A stretch of 64,000 nucleotides of DNA from Lama glama (GCA_028534125.1 CM052817.1:97776001-97840000), one strand, 5' to 3'; counted from the stretch's first letter, positions 51,451 through 64,000 are shown. Notes: generated by a model not told the origin, from the sequence alone. Program-made: numbers and translations.

Positions 51451-52792
51451 AATTTCTTAGGAAGTGATTTTATACAGGCTGAAATTAACAGCTTTAAATT
51501 AAACCAAGCTTAAATGGATTCAAATGATAGCAGCTTACCATTTTATTAAAGTCTGACTTTGAGTAAGCACTTAACATTCTCTAAATGCCTTAGTTACCAC
51601 TGTCTATAGAATGAAAGTCTTCAAATCAGAGAAATTCAGTCTGAAATAGACCAATGAGTAGAATTATAAGTAGCAGATTTATAGCAAAACATAAATTAAT
51701 ATTGTTTAGAGATTGAAGTCTTGAAATTAATGATTCACAAAACATAGTAGTTATTAATGGTAAACTCAGTGTATATTTTATGGTACCACTTGATAAAGTT
51801 GAGAGCTACTAGTTAGATATCAGATGCCTTGAGCTTACCTTTTGTTGCATTTCTGTTTTACGACAATTGGTTAGCTTTATTAATAAAGACATTAATGAGA
51901 CTTAAGTTATCCATTTGATCTCAGTGTGGAGTAAGCTTTTCATTGTTTCATGATCACAGACTGGACCCCTAATCCTTGCCAGTCATTAAGTGGATTTATA
52001 ATGCTCAATATGAGAATGCTAATGAAATTGGTCAGTATGAACACAGCAGTATAAATTCCAAAAGGCCATTTATACGTGTGTGTGTATGCGTATGTATGTA
52101 TATATAATATAGCACATCGAAATAGTTCCAAAGTATTCAAGAAGGATTTGGTAAGGTTGAGGGTGTTGGTATAATTATGACATTCACTGTAAACTCATGA
52201 CAATGACTAAGGAAAATGCTCAAAGTGCGTGTATAACTTTATGTGAGAAGATTCATTTTCTGAAAAAAAAGGGAAGGCATAATTTTTGCTGCATCTCCCT
52301 GGGCCTCAGCTCTACATTTATATATATACATAAATAGTGGTACCTTTTTCTCATATGTTAAATCACATTATTTAGAGAGAAATGAAGAGAAAAGCTTTTG
52401 GATTCTTTAGAAGAAAGGCACAATATTCAGTTAAGTGCATCTATTATTTTTATGACTTTCTTCAGAAAATCCTTAAATATGCATTAATTGAAGAATAGGG
52501 AAAGTATATTTTGCCCTGGAATTGTGAATCACAGAGATAATCAAAGATGATTTGAGAGTTCCCAGACATAGCTAAAAAAAAAAAAAAAGCCATGTAACTC
52601 CTTGGTGCCTGAATAGGTTGGGACTAGAAGAAATCGAAGGAACATTCTGGCTCCACAGTTCTCTTTTATGAGTCTGTGATTTGTGATTTCACACACACAC
52701 AGAGTGCGTGTCTCAAGTGGCGTTCACCAGGACCTGCTTCAGTAAATGATTCCACTTTCCTTACTTGCTTTCTTCTGATTGAATTAGTTCTT

Positions 52793-53189
52793 TTTTCATT
52801 TTTAATAACACCTTGCTTTTTATTTTTACAAGCAATATATGTTCATTGCAGACATATAGAACCTCATAAAGCATGAAATAAAAAATAACAATCACCTATA
52901 ATCCCCACCCTCAGAGATAACCACCATTAGCATTTTGATGCATTTCCTCCCAGTGTCTACATGTCTTTTTAAAAAAAATTTTGAAGTGTAATTGACTTAC
53001 AATGCTATGTTAGTTCCAGGTGCACAACATAGTGATTCAATATTTCTATACATTACAAAATGATCACCATGATAAGTCTAGCTACCATCTGTCACTATAC
53101 AAAGGTGTTAACAATATAATTGACTATATTCCCTATACTATACATTTCATCCCCATGATTCATTTGTAACTGGAGGTTTGCACTTCTTA
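52793..53189 (-). mobile_element. Truncated L1 3' end (about 52975-53189) plus about 170 bp of 3'-transduced sequence
   Basis: TSD attgaattagttctt (52778-52792) and attaaattagttctt (53190-53204); minus-strand AATAAA at 52819-52824; T-rich tail at 52791-52803. Confidence 0.8.
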
Positions 53190-53849
53190 ATTAAATTAGT
53201 TCTTGATCTTTATGGTTAGCCTCCTCTATGCTGGGTTCTTTCATATTGAATTTATACCTTTTCCTATGTTCTGAAAACTTATCAAACCAAAATGATCTGT
53301 TTGCTAGTAACTTGGAGATTATTTTTAGAAATGTTCCACTCTTGACTTTTCCTAGTATGTTTCTTGAATGCTCAACTTTACTTGCCAGGGAGTACTGATA
53401 CTATGGGAAACCTGATGTTTTATGGGACACAAGATAGACTGAGGAAAATGATCAGAGAAATTGGAAAAAAATCAAATACTGATTGATGTTGCTCTTGGTC
53501 AAGCCAAGAAGCCCAAAATGGAGCAAATGTATCAGGTAAAATAAGAGGATTGAGAGTTCACATGCTGCAGAATTCCTCTTGCACTTTTCCTCCTCCTATA
53601 TGTAAATAACACCATTGTTAATAATTAAATCTCAAAGGAGAATATTTAGCTGAATCTCACTTCAAAAGAGCTGCCATTTTCAGACAGTTGGTCTTGTGTT
53701 GGGTGTGGCTGCAACTCTGAGAGAGAGAGACTGACCATTTTGAAAGACAAAGCTAGTGGCTTTCTCCGTTGCTCACTTCTTTTCTAAAGTCAAGTGCAGA
53801 GCTAGAGTAGAAACAAGTTGACCCACATAGCATTGCCAATGCTCTTTAA

Positions 53850-53929
53850 ATTTTTTTTCTTTTAATTGCTATATAGTTGATTTACAATGTTGTGTTAATT
53901 TTGGGTGTACAGCAATGTGATTCAGTTAT

Positions 53930-53969
<40 letters not shown>

Positions 53970-54420
53970 TCTTTCTCAGATTTTTTTCATTATAGGTTAT
54001 TACAAGATATTGAATATAGTTCCCTGTGCTATATAGTATGTCCTTGTTTTTTACTTTATATATAGTAGTGTATATCTGTTAATCCCAAACTCCTAATTTG
54101 TCCCTCCTCCTCACCCTTTCTCTTTTGGGAACCATTAGTTTGTTTTCTATGTCTATTAGTCTATTTCTATTTTGTAAATAAGTTCATTTGTATCATTTTC
54201 TTTTGATTCCACATATAAGTGATATTATATGATATTTGTCTTCCTCTTGACTTCATTTAGTATGATGATCTCTAGGTCCATCCATGTTGCTGCAAATGTC
54301 ATTATTTCATTTTTTATGACCAAGTAGTATTCCATTACATATATATACCACAACTTCTTTATCCATTCATCTTTTGATGAACATTTAGGTTGCTTCCATG
54401 TCTTGGCTATTATAAATAGT
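53850..54420 (-). mobile_element. Young 5'-truncated L1 (ORF2 end and 3' UTR); (CA)n(TA)n at about 53930-53968
   Basis: ORF 54225-54437 LFIIAKTWKQPKCSSKDEWIKKLWYIYVMEYY; probable TSD tgccaatgctctt (53834-53846) and tgtcagtgctctt (54420-54432). Confidence 0.93.
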
Positions 54421-57219
54421 GTCAGTGCTCTTGACAATATTGTGAAGGATGAGAAATTCTTTAGCAGAATATAGAAAGAAAAATAGTTTGGGGTTTCTCA
54501 ATTCTATTATCTTTCTTTCTAGATTAAAGTGGGATTTTTTTTAGAATTTTAAATTAGATATAGAAACATACTTTCTTAGTTTAGCAGTATTCCACTGGAC
54601 ACAGTAGCAACCACAATTGCCAAGTAGCTGGAAGAAATGTTTTCTCAAATAGAAGGGAATGTTATTAATTCCCAAGATAGAAGTGTGGTAAATTCAAAGG
54701 AATTAGTTTGTAAATTTGACTTGCTAATGAACCACAAAAGGAAAAAAGTGCTATAAATTTCCCCTAAATCAGTAGCTAACATTGGATACTTGTGATGCCC
54801 TGACACTTTCACAGGACACTTTAAGTAAATGGTGGAAATAACATTAGTCAATCATTTCATAGAACTTGACAAAAAGAACCACAACTCTTGAGTCTTGGAA
54901 ATATAGGCTTAGGATATAAATCCAGGAGAAAAATCCTTTAAAAATTTGGAAATAAAGACCTGTGTTTTGTCTGGAGAACTTAAATTTTAAGGGGGGAAAT
55001 CCATGAGTCCCCATTTATAACTCACATTTTCCTGGTCCAAATTCTGTTTTTCATCTGGAATACCCAGTAACCAGGAAAGGGGACTCTCACTTTCATAATG
55101 AGAAAAAAGAAGACAGAGGTAAGTTTAGAACAAGAAAATAGCCAGTGAAAAAGGAAATAGATAGGAGAGGCATTTGTGACTTTAAACCAGTAGGACACCA
55201 TAGTGAACAGAACTGCAAGAATGGGGGGAAAGTCCACCAGTGGGCTCTTTCAGTATCCTTAGTACTTGAACTTACACAATATAATGATAATCAAGATAAT
55301 TTTTAGTGAAGTGAAAATATTAAACTATAAACTTACATATTAAGTTACACTTAGAAATATAATTGAGGTTTTATGACATGAATATTAAATGACTTACAGA
55401 CTGCAAGCTATTATAGCTAGAAAACTAATATATATATGTATATATATATGTATATATAAAATATGTGTCATTATATGTCATGTATATATATCATCTCTAC
55501 CATTTTAATCAATTAAAGGTCCAATTCCCCCACCCTCCATCTATTTTCCTTCTTATTACTCGTTACCAAAAAAAAATTTAACATTATCATCTGGTGTTGA
55601 GGGCTCTATGGTGCTATAATATCTTCTTTATAGAGTTGAAACGAAAACATCACTTCTGTCCTCATGATGGGTAAACAAATATAGAGTAGTAATTTCTCCC
55701 ATGGGTCATCTTATTGGTGATGACAGCTTAAAGTTCTTGCTTATGTTAGCTTGCTGGCAATCTGTATGTCATTGCCTTTCGATTAAACGATGTGGGTCAT
55801 TGTAGAAGAGACGGAATTGAAGCTGTGCTTTGCAGCAAGAAGGGAAGCTAGGTGGAGATCTATGTATCTTAGGGGAGCATGGCTTTGGGAGAAGCACAGA
55901 CCTTTGAGTGGAAGCCATGCTCAAAGGTGATCTACATAGACTTGGAGGACAAAGAGAAGCTAGAGAGCTCTCAGGCAATATGTAGATTACTACCAGTTGA
56001 TACCTGTAAAGCATTTTTAAGACAAGGGGACATTTGATTGCAAAGGCTCAGGAAACACTTCTTGGTTGGTCCCTGGCCCATATAGCAGATTGGGCTGCCA
56101 TTTGTGCACTAGATTAATGGCGAAATTGAAAGTGCCTTTGATATCTGTTTTATATGTGGTCGCTAAGGTAAATGTTTAATAAGTAACCAAAATTCAGTTA
56201 CGAGGGCTGTTCCTTTTTTACATGAAAATAATTGTGAGCTGCTCTGTGAGAAAAACAAACCATATGCAAAAGGTTTCAAAGTGAGTTTTATTGCTTCATT
56301 AAAGTTTTTACGGTGTTTTCTTCCAACATGACTAACTCAATGAAATAAAAGGAGAAGCTGCCTTCAAAGAAGGATGTCATAACTTCCTCTCCCCATGAGT
56401 CTCTTTAAGTATCTAGTTCTTATCTATTCATGATTTCATCAAAAGCTCTAGCCTCTTGTGTTTTATATGTCTTGTTTGATATCTGTTAGTTGAACTACAT
56501 TAAACTAAGGAGTTATTTTACCCTGGATCAAAACAACAAAAATAGACAAGTGAACTTTCTGGATTTTCGATTCCCATGCCCCACCCCTTTTTCTAATAAC
56601 AAAGGATGGCATTTTTCTCTTGAACAACTTTGTATGTTTTTCTTTAAGCTTTTGCCCCTTATTGCCCATAATTAACCACATTGGCTGGAGCTTATTTACT
56701 GTGGTTAGTTAGTGAGTGGTTTGGATTTTCTGTTTACATTTTTCTGCTATTGGCATCTCCTTTTTCTTATTAAAATATGTTCTGGGCAATTTCACTTCCT
56801 GCAATACCAGTCGTAAGCTATTTTGTTCCTGATTGCACTTCACAAGTGGGCGACGAGAAATGAACCATCACAAAGCCCTTGTAGGATATGTGTGACCTTG
56901 ATTTTGCCGTTAACACTTCACCTTGCCTGTTTGCAATGTGGACTCCATCACATTCTCTTGCTTTTGCACTGCTGGCTTCTGCTTTATTCTCTTTGTTTTC
57001 ATGTTCTTCCTCATTCAGGTCAGGTCCTCTCTGTGAAGCACCACACTGTTGAAAACTAAGGCCACATAGACCAAGGATCAACCAAACCCTACATAACTGT
57101 GTGGTTCTCCCATTCTGAAATACATACTCAGCTGTAAATGACAGTAACCTATACATAATATACAAAGATATATGCATACATGCATACATATATACTAAAA
57201 ATATAAGTATAGATTTTGC

Positions 57220-57340
57220 ATGTCTATCTTTGCTTATCTTTTGTATATCTTCCTATCATTTATCTATTAGCTATCTATTAATTGTCTATCTATTGCTTAT
57301 CTATCTATCTATCCATCTATTATCTAGTGTCTATCTATTC
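57220..57340. repeat. Degenerate (TCTA)n array
   Basis: Read directly from the sequence. Confidence 0.8.
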
Positions 57341-58109
57341 AAAAAAAGAATTCAAATATTAGTACAGTTATCATTCACCTGTAAAGGAAGGAAAAAGTTT
57401 CTTTTGGTGGGGAGGATATTTAAAATCCCAAATTCACCTTTAAAAACCTTTCCCTCCCCAACAAACACCGTCCTAGAGGAGTGCTGCTGGGACCTGCCTC
57501 TTGTTGGCCTGGGAGTCATACCTGCGTAACAGCTCTCACGAGGTGAGGGGGCAGTCACACCCCACTACTCCTCAGTGTGTTCAGGATAGTGCCATGATGC
57601 TGAGAAGAAGGGCAAGACAGCAATTTTCTGCCACATTTGCCAGGAGGAGAGTCATGGTGGGCAAGACCTTCCTGACAGGCCCTGGACACCAATGACCAGC
57701 TTCCTTGGGCATGGCCATCCCTAGGGCCAAGCATCGAAACCTAAATACACAGCTTCTAAAAAAAAAGAAAAATTAGGTCAGCCCCAGAGACCCCTATTTT
57801 CATCTAAACTATTTGTATTTCTCTGTTCTCTGTGGGAGTGAATTAACTTGTACGGGTATTTGGTGCAACCAATATCCATGACACACACAATGGGTCCCTG
57901 TGACCCAGAAATGCATAATGAAAAAGGAGAAGATTAGGTAGACTCAGCCATGCTTTCTGGTATGGACACATGTACTTATAGACTTATTAACACCCACATT
58001 TCTTGAGCTGAGAAATGTCCAGCCAGTGCTGTGAGTCAATAGTGGACGAGAATTTTAAGTTTCTTCAGGTACAGCCTGGTCTGTCCCAGGACCAAGCCTG
58101 CCATACCTT

Positions 58110-58340
58110 GTGATGACAGTTTCCAGGGTGCCAGGTGTGGGCTATGTGCTTTAAATATATTAGTTTATGTAATTCTTCCAATGCACTTTGAGATAGAGTC
58201 TATAAATATCCCCATTTTGGGAATGAGAAACTAAGGCATGGAGAGACTAAACAATTTCCCGCAAAGTCACGGAGGATGTAATCAGCAGTGCCAGGCTTTG
58301 AATTCGGGCATCTGGCTCTGGACAGGTTCTCCTTAACCAC
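58110..58340 (-). mobile_element. MIR SINE
   Basis: 'atccccattttgggaatgagaaactaaggcatggagagactaaacaatttccc...gtgccaggctttgaattcgggcatctggctc'. Confidence 0.85.
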
Positions 58341-58889
58341 TCCAAGGGATGGAATGTATTGGGAGCAGAGTGAGTCTTGAAGTTGCTTTATTTCACCATC
58401 TCTTTATGGATCTCTGGAGTGGGAATGAGCCCCAAAGTGACTCTGTGGACATCTCCTGAATAAGGGTGGATGCTGGCCCCAACACACTAGGTGCAGGATA
58501 TTAGCCTCCAGTGGTGATTTCTTCCTGGGTCACTGGCGTACACACCAAGTGATCTAAGGGAGATGAACGCATGCCTGACTGTGGAAAACTTTGAGCAGTA
58601 TTGCTTTTTCCATGTATGTGTGCTTCTCTGAGTCCAGACAGTCATGGCTGAAAATTGGGGTGAGAAAATTTGAACAGAGTGGCATGGTCTTACTCATGAA
58701 AACTATGTCCATGTGGTCATGTGTTTAAAGTACCACTAGCTTCTGTGAAGTTTTATAACATATTTTATATGTGACACATATAAAATCACACTAACAGTCT
58801 GAGGGACTAATTTATATAAACGTAAATAGTTACCAAAAGGAAAATACTAGAAAGAGAAGTGGAAGAATATATAACTTTTGCAAGTGAAT

Positions 58890-59040
58890 TTTACATTATC
58901 TCACCTAATCTTGTTTATGGACAAGATAGCTGGACCTTACAGAGATTAAGTGACTTTCTCAAGGTAACAGATACAATCAGGACAGAACTGGATTTGAAAT
59001 CAAGTTTGTCTGCTACCAAAGTCCTTGATTTTTACACATC
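58890..59040 (-). mobile_element. MIR fragment
   Basis: 'acagagattaagtgactttctcaaggtaacaga...gaactggatttgaaatcaagtttgtctg'. Confidence 0.75.
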
Positions 59041-59734
59041 ACCGTATGTGTGTGCATGTGCGTGTGTGTGTTGGGGGTATGTGAAAAGTGTGCTAAGATT
59101 AAAAAAATACTAAGTGGTTTCCCCTTTTAGTTCCAGTAAAAGCTGAATGCTGTCCCTTCGACACATACATATTAGAAGTCACTGAGTTAACAAATGTTAT
59201 GGAGAATATGTCTTCTAGAGATTATGTGAAAGATACTGCTACAAACATTACAGAATATAAAAAACCAACGGTCAGCTCAACTTTGTGCCAGTTGGTGGTT
59301 GGAAATGTTCATCTCATTATCTCTATTATCACCTAATTATTTCTGTTCATTACTTCCATCCTGCTTTTCCTTTGAATATCAGCTTATTTAATTCCATCAG
59401 GGCAATTTTTTTCTTCCAAGTTCAAGTGCTAGCAGGACTGCACCAGAGAGTTCTCAGGAGGAATTCAATAGTAGAGGAAGATGAAGGAAATAGTAATAAG
59501 GAGCAAAAGGGCAAAGTTACTGATGGTAGGGAGATGGTGGAAGTGCAGGGTCACAGTGATTTGCAGCAGAGGAAGCCCCCTTATTCCCAGCCCATTGTGT
59601 CTGGGTGACTGCAAAGATATTATTATCAATGAGTCATTTTTCAGGAGACAGATATTAATGTCTATTATATCTGATCCACTAAGAAAACACTACTGCTACT
59701 GGAACTAGTGGTCAAAATAATAATTACAGCTGTG

Positions 59735-59950
59735 GCCAAACTGGTCTTCACCTAGAAGAAGAGAAGATCAGGTCTCCAGTGGGATCATTGCTATAAAGTA
59801 TTTTTCTAGGGAAGGAGGAAATTCTGTTGATTCTCATTATGATTTGGCTGTGAATTTAGGACTTACCCTGTGGCCACAGAGAATAATCAGGCTAGTTATA
59901 GGTCAACATGAATTTGGAATCCAAAATTTCTCCTTATTAGCCTGGTGTGT
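59735..59950 (+). mobile_element. L3/CR1 fragment
   Basis: 'ttcacctagaagaagagaagatcagg' and 'ggacttaccctgtggccacagagaataatcagg' resemble the L3 ORF2 3' end. Confidence 0.5.
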
Positions 59951-60288
59951 CCACCAGAAGTCACATAGTCACATGTTGCTGAATGCCTCTTGAGAAAGGA
60001 AGGGCCATCTTTTCCTACTCCTCTCTGTACATATACCACACCTTCATTTAGTTCAAGAGTGCTTAATCAAGGAATCACTAAATTGGGAGCAATAAGTCAT
60101 AGTATCAATGTGATAGGGGAGTGATAAGTACACATTGGTTGTTCAATAAATCTCAACAGCCGGTCAATAAAAATAGGAGGGACGGTAACTGAGATGAATC
60201 TGTACTCAGAAGAGGTAACCTGAGAGGAGGAAGAGGTGGTGAAGAGTTATGTTGCCCCCAGGAGTCAGCAAAACTCTCAGGCAGCCAA

Positions 60289-60384
60289 GAACTCCAATAA
60301 CTCCCTCTACGAGGAATTCCATGACGTTATGGAGCTTGGAACTCCAGTAATTCCCTCTACGAGGAATTCCATGACGTTATGGAG
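60289..60384. repeat. Tandem duplication, period 50 (46-bp aligned unit, 2 mismatches)
   Basis: gaactcca(a/g)taa(c/t)tccctctacgaggaattccatgacgttatggag at 60289-60334 and 60339-60384. Confidence 0.95.
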
Positions 60385-60857
60385 ACATGCATCTCCCTGT
60401 TGAATTATGGAGATTGCTCAGACTAAGGGTTAGAGCTGCAGAGTGACTTACAGGGAAGGTAGCTGTGGCAAGGCTGCTGGGAGAGCCTTAACATTTTTCA
60501 GAAGGAAACATGATGAATGAATGAAGAATGGATGCACGAGAAATGAGGCTGACTCAGAAGGCATAGATCTTCCTCAGAGACGCTTGGACTTCACACCTAA
60601 CTTCAGTTTCCTTATCTATAAAAGGGGGAGGATAGGCTAGGGCAGTTCCTTCCTGTTTTAAAGTCCCAAGGTTTCAAGCTAATGTCATTTCAGAATTTGC
60701 ACAGAATTGACACATATCTTTGATTACCAGGGAAATGCCAGATTGCTTGCCTGACCATGGCATCTCGCTGCCTGCTCTAGAAACCACTTCTTAAGCAGTA
60801 TAGTATTCTCCGGCACTATCTTTTTTTTTTTTTATTTTTCAAGGGTACTCTTTGGGG

Positions 60858-61605
60858 ATAATTTTGTATTTTGATATGATTTCAGACTTATGAAAAAGTT
60901 GCAAGAATCTCATAAGAAATCCCAATAATACTTTTTCCAGATTCATCAATTATTTACATTTTGTTCATTTGCTTATTCTCTTTGTGTGGGTATGTATATG
61001 TATTATACATATTGTATGTAATCATAGATAGACTACTACTTGAGAGTTTGAAAGTTTGAAACATTGTGACCCCTTATCCTTAAATAGTTTACGGCATAGT
61101 TCCTAAGAACACAGGCATTCTCCTACCATAATCCAATTATCAGAAGCAAAAAATTTGGCACTGATATATATGATAATCTAATACACAGTCCATATTGAAT
61201 TTTAATTAATTATGCTAATAATGTCCTTTATAGATATTTTCCCTTGTCCAGGATCCAATCCAGAATCACTAATTGCCGTTAACTATAATGTCTCTTTAAA
61301 TATGAAATGACTCCTCGCCCTTTGCGGTTCTTGATCTTAACATTTTTGAAGAGTACAGGTCAATTAAGTTGTAGAATGTCCTTCAAATTCAGCGTGTCTG
61401 ATGTTTCCTTGTAATGGGATTCATATTCAGCACTTTCTGGGCAGTTATACCATTGAAGTTGTATGGTGTGCTCAGTGTCTCGTTGTTGGCACGTAGTATT
61501 GCTTTATCCCAATATTGGTGATGCTAACACTGGTCACTTGGTTAAGGTGGTGTCTGCTAAGTTTCTTTACTGTAACTTATTATTTTCCCCTTTATAATTA
61601 ATAAA
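60858..61605 (-). mobile_element. L1MC4/L1MC5-like 3' UTR
   Basis: 'atttcagacttatgaaaaagttgcaagaat...ttcctaagaacacaggcattctc...ccaggatccaatccagaatcac...cacttggttaaggtggtgtctgc'. Confidence 0.85.
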
Positions 61606-61649
61606 ATTTTTATTCACATCATGATATTCTAGTAACATATGCTTTAGAC

Positions 61650-63020
61650 TATTGGATAATCCTACTCCATTTTTTCACATTTTTGCACTAAAATTTGGAT
61701 GATTTCTATTGACCTGTTGTCAATAGTAATCTGTTATACTTACTGTTTTCACTGTTTCCAGCTTGCTGATAAGCTGATTATGTAATTTTTTATCTCAGAT
61801 ATTATATATTTTATTTCTAGTAATTTCATTTGGCTCTCCTCTTATAATAGTATCTATTTCTATGCCAAAATTACCCATCTCTTTACATATGTTATATACC
61901 TCTTCCATTATATCCTTTTATCAAAGTTATTTTAAAGTCCCAGTCATATAATTTTAACTTCTGAGCCATCTCTGTGTCTGCTACTATTTCCTTTAAATTA
62001 AAAAAAATTTCTTTATGCATTTTGTAATTTTTGATTGTATGCAGTATATTGTGTGTACTAGAAAACAAAACAAAACAAAACAAAACAATAGAGATGGCAG
62101 TAAATAATATTTCTTCCCAGGAAAGGAAACACCCTTTTTTCTGACAGTAGTCCATCTAGACGATAGTTAAGCTGGGACTGGAATTTACTGTTGTTTTAAT
62201 TAGATTTAGTTCACCATTAGGTTAAAGATTCAGGGATGAGTTAGTACTTTACCTTTGGTAGGGCAAGACCTCTTTGTACAAACAATCTCTAGCTTTCTGA
62301 ATTAACTGGCATCTTGTTCTGCTTTATAAACTAGCTTCCAGTGTTTTGTTGCTAAGGAGTTCCCTTTGCTATTCAGACCTGCCTCCTGGCTTTCTGTGGT
62401 TCAAGAGGTCTTTTCCTGCTCTCCTGCTTTGCCCTAACTTTTGGAGTGCTGCGAAGTGTATTCATGAATGCTTAGAGCGCCTGTAAGGGATTCAGCCTGA
62501 CTTGTCTCTGACAGGCAGGGCAAAGAGCTGATAGAGACTCTCTGGCCCTGGGTGCTTGCTCCCCAGAGGGGTCTCTCTTGGTTCTCCTGTTCTTCCTACA
62601 GATGTGGGAAGCCTCTGAGAAGTATGGAATAAGGACCTACAGTGCTTTGAACAGTTCCTCCCATTTCTCCTGTCCTCCTCTGTGTTTTAGGGCTTCTGTC
62701 TCAATTCTCATTTGCATGAGTATTTATTGAGGGCCTATCGGAAAGATCTGACGAGTAGGTGTAGACAGAGCTCTTCAGGGTTCTAAACATCGCACCAACT
62801 GCCCCTTAGTCTTTAAAATTCTTTCAAAGTTCAGTAAGTTTCTCCTTAAATCCATTAATGGTGGCTTCTTCCTAGTTGCACTTCCCTACAAAAGAAGATA
62901 GAAGCTGTAGGGCATTTCTCATGAGGAGCTTGTCTCTTTCTAGATTTCAGTTCCTTCTGGCTTCTTCTATCCTCAATATTTGATGAGTTTACCAAAAATA
63001 AAAAATAAAAAAAACTATGA
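61650..63020 (-). mobile_element. Ancient L1 (L1M/L1ME-like) ORF1 and 5' UTR remnant; (AAAAC)n at about 62062-62087
   Basis: 'ttttatctcagatattatatattttatttctagtaatttcatttggctc...ttattttaaagtcccagtcatataattttaacttctgagccatctctgtgtctg' is antisense ORF1-start-like; the 5' UTR extent is uncertain. Confidence 0.6.
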
Positions 63021-63079
63021 CTGTAGGCTATTTAGCTTGTTTTTGATATTAAGGCCAAAGTGGAAGCAGAAATTAGGAC

Positions 63080-63347
63080 TTTGTGTCCTTCTGAGAGATT
63101 CCCATCATTCTTTGACCGCTTTCTTAATTTCTGTATAACATCCAGGCTCATCTTGAACTTCCTCTGCTCCATCTCTATAATCAACCTTTCCCATGGATCC
63201 CCAGCATTTTTTTTTTTAGTGGAAAAGCCACTATTATATAGAAGCCAAATATAAGTACTACATACACTCATTTTTACTAGGATCATTGCTTCTAGATCCT
63301 CTCACATGGACAGAGCTGGGACTCTGTCTATCTGTCTGTCTATCTAT

Positions 63348-63397
<50 letters not shown>

Positions 63398-63660
63398 CCA
63401 TTTATATCCATTCATCTATTTAAAACTATGAGTTCATACTGGTGCTTTCAACTCCTATCTAGCATAGCAGTGTACATTCTTATCTTCTCTTTTCCATATT
63501 TGTAACTTGCTTCTACAGTGGTGTGAAACTTGAATCTCATTCTCCTTAATATATTTATTCAGTTGCTCAAGATTTAAATGCACAGAAATGAATTTAAGAA
63601 TTGCTAACGCATACCACTGGGGAGGGGAAAAAAATCTACTAACTAGACTTAAACATTTGT
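63080..63660 (-). mobile_element. L1MC4-like 3' UTR fragment with (TCTA)n at 63325-63397
   Basis: 'tccaggctcatcttgaacttcctctgctcc...tcattgcttctagatcctctcacatggacagagctggg...tgagttcatactggtgctttcaactcc'. Confidence 0.75.
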
Positions 63661-63669
63661 TTACTATTT

Positions 63670-64000
63670 CTTAAGGTATAGTTTACATACAGTAAAACAA
63701 ATGTAAAGTACACAATTCAGTGAGTTTTGATAAATGCATACCCAGTGTAATCCACATCTCTATAAAGAAATTGAACATTTCCATCATCCCAGCAAGTTCC
63801 TTTTCCCAGTCAATTCTTTCTCTCTCTCCCCAGCAACTACAGTTCTATTTTTTTTCATTATATATTAGTTTTGCTGATTCTACAGCTTTATATAATGGAA
63901 TAACACAGTGTGTGTTGTTTAGTGTCAGGATTCTTTTGTTCAACATAATGTCTGTGAGATTCATATGTTCTTTGTGTATCAAAAGTTTTTTATTGTTGTT
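63670..64000 (-). mobile_element. Old L1 3' end (L1MD/L1ME-like), continues past the window
   Basis: 'aggtatagtttacatacagtaaaa...agtgagttttgataaatgcatac...gaacatttccatcatcccag...aatggaataacacagtg...caacataatgtctgtgagattcat'. Confidence 0.85.

Noticed and set aside
57370..57760. Possible hAT-Tip100-like ancient DNA transposon
   Set aside because: GC-richer segment with only vague terminal similarity; no matching TIR pair or TSD could be shown.
60289..60384. CRISPR-like direct repeat
   Set aside because: Only two adjacent copies with a 4-nt spacer, eukaryotic context and no cas genes; it is a simple tandem duplication.

Overview
Mammalian, AT-rich, repeat-dense genomic DNA with no protein-coding exon, RNA gene or processed pseudogene that I can recognise. 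Every ORF-track hit with real homology is LINE-1 ORF1/ORF2 debris. The repeat content is ancient eutherian MIR, L2, L3/CR1, MaLR/ERVL LTRs, MER2/MER5 and L1MB/MC/ME, plus several young L1 3' ends of a type I associate with camelids. I saw no Alu, B1, BovB/Bov-tA, PRE1 or Can-SINE, so a camelid (Camelus/Vicugna/Lama) source is likely; this is inference. L1 copies are mostly on the minus strand and two promoter-like segments end in + strand splice donors (about 4.2 kb and 42.4 kb), which fits a large 5' intron of a + strand gene with alternative first exons. The gene is not identified. The most notable observations are: (1) an L1 3' transduction with TSD, poly(A) signal and tail at 52.8-53.2 kb; (2) a roughly 40-bp patch at an L1-into-L1 junction (48.9 kb) apparently converted from AT to GC; (3) a CpG-enriched, ETS/IRF/AP-1/E-box-rich candidate alternative promoter at 41.6-42.8 kb; (4) a nearly full-length ancient L1MC element with nested younger insertions. 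A 500-N scaffold gap lies at 18569-19068. I find no evidence of a wholly new biological system. Repeat family names come from recalled consensus sequences, and boundaries are approximate.
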